From a virus (lineage: Duplodnaviria; Caudoviricetes): DNA of 64,000 nt. This document shows, piece after piece, positions 62,752 through 64,000 of this stretch. The stretch's first letter is position 1. Each line of letters begins with the position of its first letter. The stretch spans positions 1,620 to 65,619 of the IMG/VR virus record IMGVR_UViG_3300032213_002110, one strand, 5' to 3'. The position numbers were made by a program, and so were the translations under genes. Under the pieces are notes generated by a model that worked only from the letters and a program-made list of their open reading frames with translations, was not told where the DNA came from and did not search any database.

Positions 62752-64000
62752 TTATAGAGCACAAGCTCCGCTTTCACAACCGGATTCTTGTACTACTGGT
62801 TGTTTTATTTCCGTCTTCTTTTCATCCATGGCGGTTTGTTTATCACCGTCATCAGTATTAGCATAATACAGATTCTTTAGACCATACTTGTAAGCCAATA
62901 ACATGTCCTTAATTACTTCTTGAACAGGAACTTTATTCTTTTCATAACGGGATGGAATATAATAAGTATTTGTACTAATACTCATATCAGTAAATTTTTG
63001 AATGGCAGCAGCAACCTTTAAATAACCTTCATTACTTGGCATATCAAAAGCAAAGGTATAATTATCCTTATACTTATCAATATTTGGAATTACTACTGGC
63101 AAAATGTTACTCTTGCTTCCCTTAAAACTAATAGCACTACGAGGTGGTTCAATACCATTAGTACTACTTTGAATTACACTACTAGATTCTACAGGCATAC
63201 ATGCAGTCAATGTAGAATGTCTCATACCGTGTTTTTTAATTTCTTCACGAAGTGTTTCCCAATCCATATGTAGAGGTTCAGTGATGAATTCATCAACGTC
63301 TCTCTTATAAGTATCAATTGGCAATACTCCTTGACTAAACTTGGTACGATCAAACTTTTCACACTTACCCACTTCTTTTGCCATTTCAACACTAGCCTTG
63401 ATTAGATAGTAACTAGTCTTTTCCATCCATTTGGCAACAAAGTTTGGAGCATCTTTATCCCAATACTTCAAACCTTCTTTAGCCAATAGAGCAGCCAAGT
63501 TACTTACACCCACACCAAGACTACGGCGTTTCTTAGCAAAGTTTTCTGCGGCTGGTACGAAATAATCTTGATGTTCAATCAAAGCATCCAACATTCTAAC
63601 AATAATGTCACAGACACTTTCCATTTCTTCATCATCTTTAATTTCCAACCAATTCAAAGCAGCCAAGATACAAACACCAATTTCTCCGTTTTTATCATTG
63701 ACATCAGTGATTGGAATCAATGGGTGATTAACTTCAAGACATAGATTACTGGTATCTACTTGATCCAACCAACTACCATGTTCATTAGCATGATCAACGA
63801 ACATTGTATAAATACGTCCAGTTTCAAGACGTTCTTTAGCCAATAGTCCCATCAATTCACGAGCAGGTACTTTCTTTTTGAACTTAATGTTCTTATTAGC
63901 TTCAGCCTTTTCATACTTCTCCTTGAATCCTTCCATACCAAAAGTATTCCATAGTGAAGGACATTCATGATAACTGAATAGTGTTACATCTTGATTCTTC
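62752..64000 (-). CDS. nrdA: ribonucleotide reductase class Ia alpha subunit, 5' part outside the window
   Basis: SNLCLE, GVCILAA, RSLGVGV, ACMPVESSS, STNGIEP, KNLYY, terminal CESGAC. The frame stays open to the window edge. Confidence 0.95.
   Translation of the reverse strand, partial: KNQDVTLFSYHECPSLWNTFGMEGFKEKYEKAEANKNIKFKKKVPARELMGLLAKERLETGRIYTMFVDHANEHGSWLDQVDTSNLCLEVNHPLIPITDVNDKNGEIGVCILAALNWLEIKDDEEMESVCDIIVRMLDALIEHQDYFVPAAENFAKKRRSLGVGVSNLAALLAKEGLKYWDKDAPNFVAKWMEKTSYYLIKASVEMAKEVGKCEKFDRTKFSQGVLPIDTYKRDVDEFITEPLHMDWETLREEIKKHGMRHSTLTACMPVESSSVIQSSTNGIEPPRSAISFKGSKSNILPVVIPNIDKYKDNYTFAFDMPSNEGYLKVAAAIQKFTDMSISTNTYYIPSRYEKNKVPVQEVIKDMLLAYKYGLKNLYYANTDDGDKQTAMDEKKTEIKQPVVQESGCESGACAL

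Noticed and set aside
802-62866. Many 60-154 aa ORFs in the track lying antisense to or out of frame within long genes (e.g. 802-1017, 8935-9303, 37310-37774, 57191-57433, 61211-61564)
   Set aside because: They overlap genes with clear family motifs, have no initiation signals or motifs of their own, and read like shadow frames.
1-64000. tRNA, rRNA, CRISPR array, IS or transposase, integrase
   Set aside because: Intergenic gaps are at most about 125 nt, and none shows a cloverleaf, repeat-spacer periodicity or terminal inverted repeats; no transposase or integrase motifs were seen.
1-64000. Stop-codon reassignment
   Set aside because: Long genes are intact in the standard code, and TAA, TGA and TAG all end apparent genes at tight junctions.
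1-64000. Giant eukaryotic virus origin, suggested by GT15/GT17/GT34
   Set aside because: Sigma70-type promoters, intrinsic terminators, overlapping operons, gp43/44/45/62-like genes and a peptidoglycan lysozyme indicate a bacteriophage.

Overview
This window is an AT-rich segment of a large tailed-phage genome with T4-like replication genes, densely coded in the standard genetic code. I saw no rRNA, tRNA, CRISPR array or IS element. Core functions are a family B DNA polymerase, sliding clamp, both clamp-loader subunits, SF2 helicase, PD-(D/E)XK nuclease, dUTPase, dNMP kinase, class Ia ribonucleotide reductase (nrdB and partial nrdA), UvsE and a MoxR-type AAA+/VWA pair. About half of the window is a glycan-building apparatus in three blocks (13.9-25.0 kb, 32.1-46.8 kb, 46.7-50.6 kb) plus a lone gmd at 2.7-3.8 kb. 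It holds roughly 17 glycosyltransferase-like genes, 9 SAM methyltransferase domains, 2 SPASM/radical-SAM enzymes flanking an unannotated 17-codon ORF, and 6 nucleotide-sugar enzymes. No flippase, polymerase, ABC exporter or membrane initiating transferase is visible, which points to cytoplasmic glycosylation of a soluble acceptor (virion proteins or DNA). Next to it are probable virion genes: an S/T/N-rich fibre, and modular proteins whose domain borders carry (I/L)-X-E motifs like T4 prohead-protease sites, one ending in a lysozyme. Two promoter classes are readable: sigma70-like TTGACA/TAnnnT promoters, many of them leaderless, and a TATTTATA-type motif just upstream of probable late genes. 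In three cases the TATTTATA-type motif sits in the loop of a hairpin whose 3' arm covers or abuts the start codon. A canonical G-quadruplex motif is built from atypical codons inside a Mom-like gene. Family assignments come from recognised motifs only; no database search was run.
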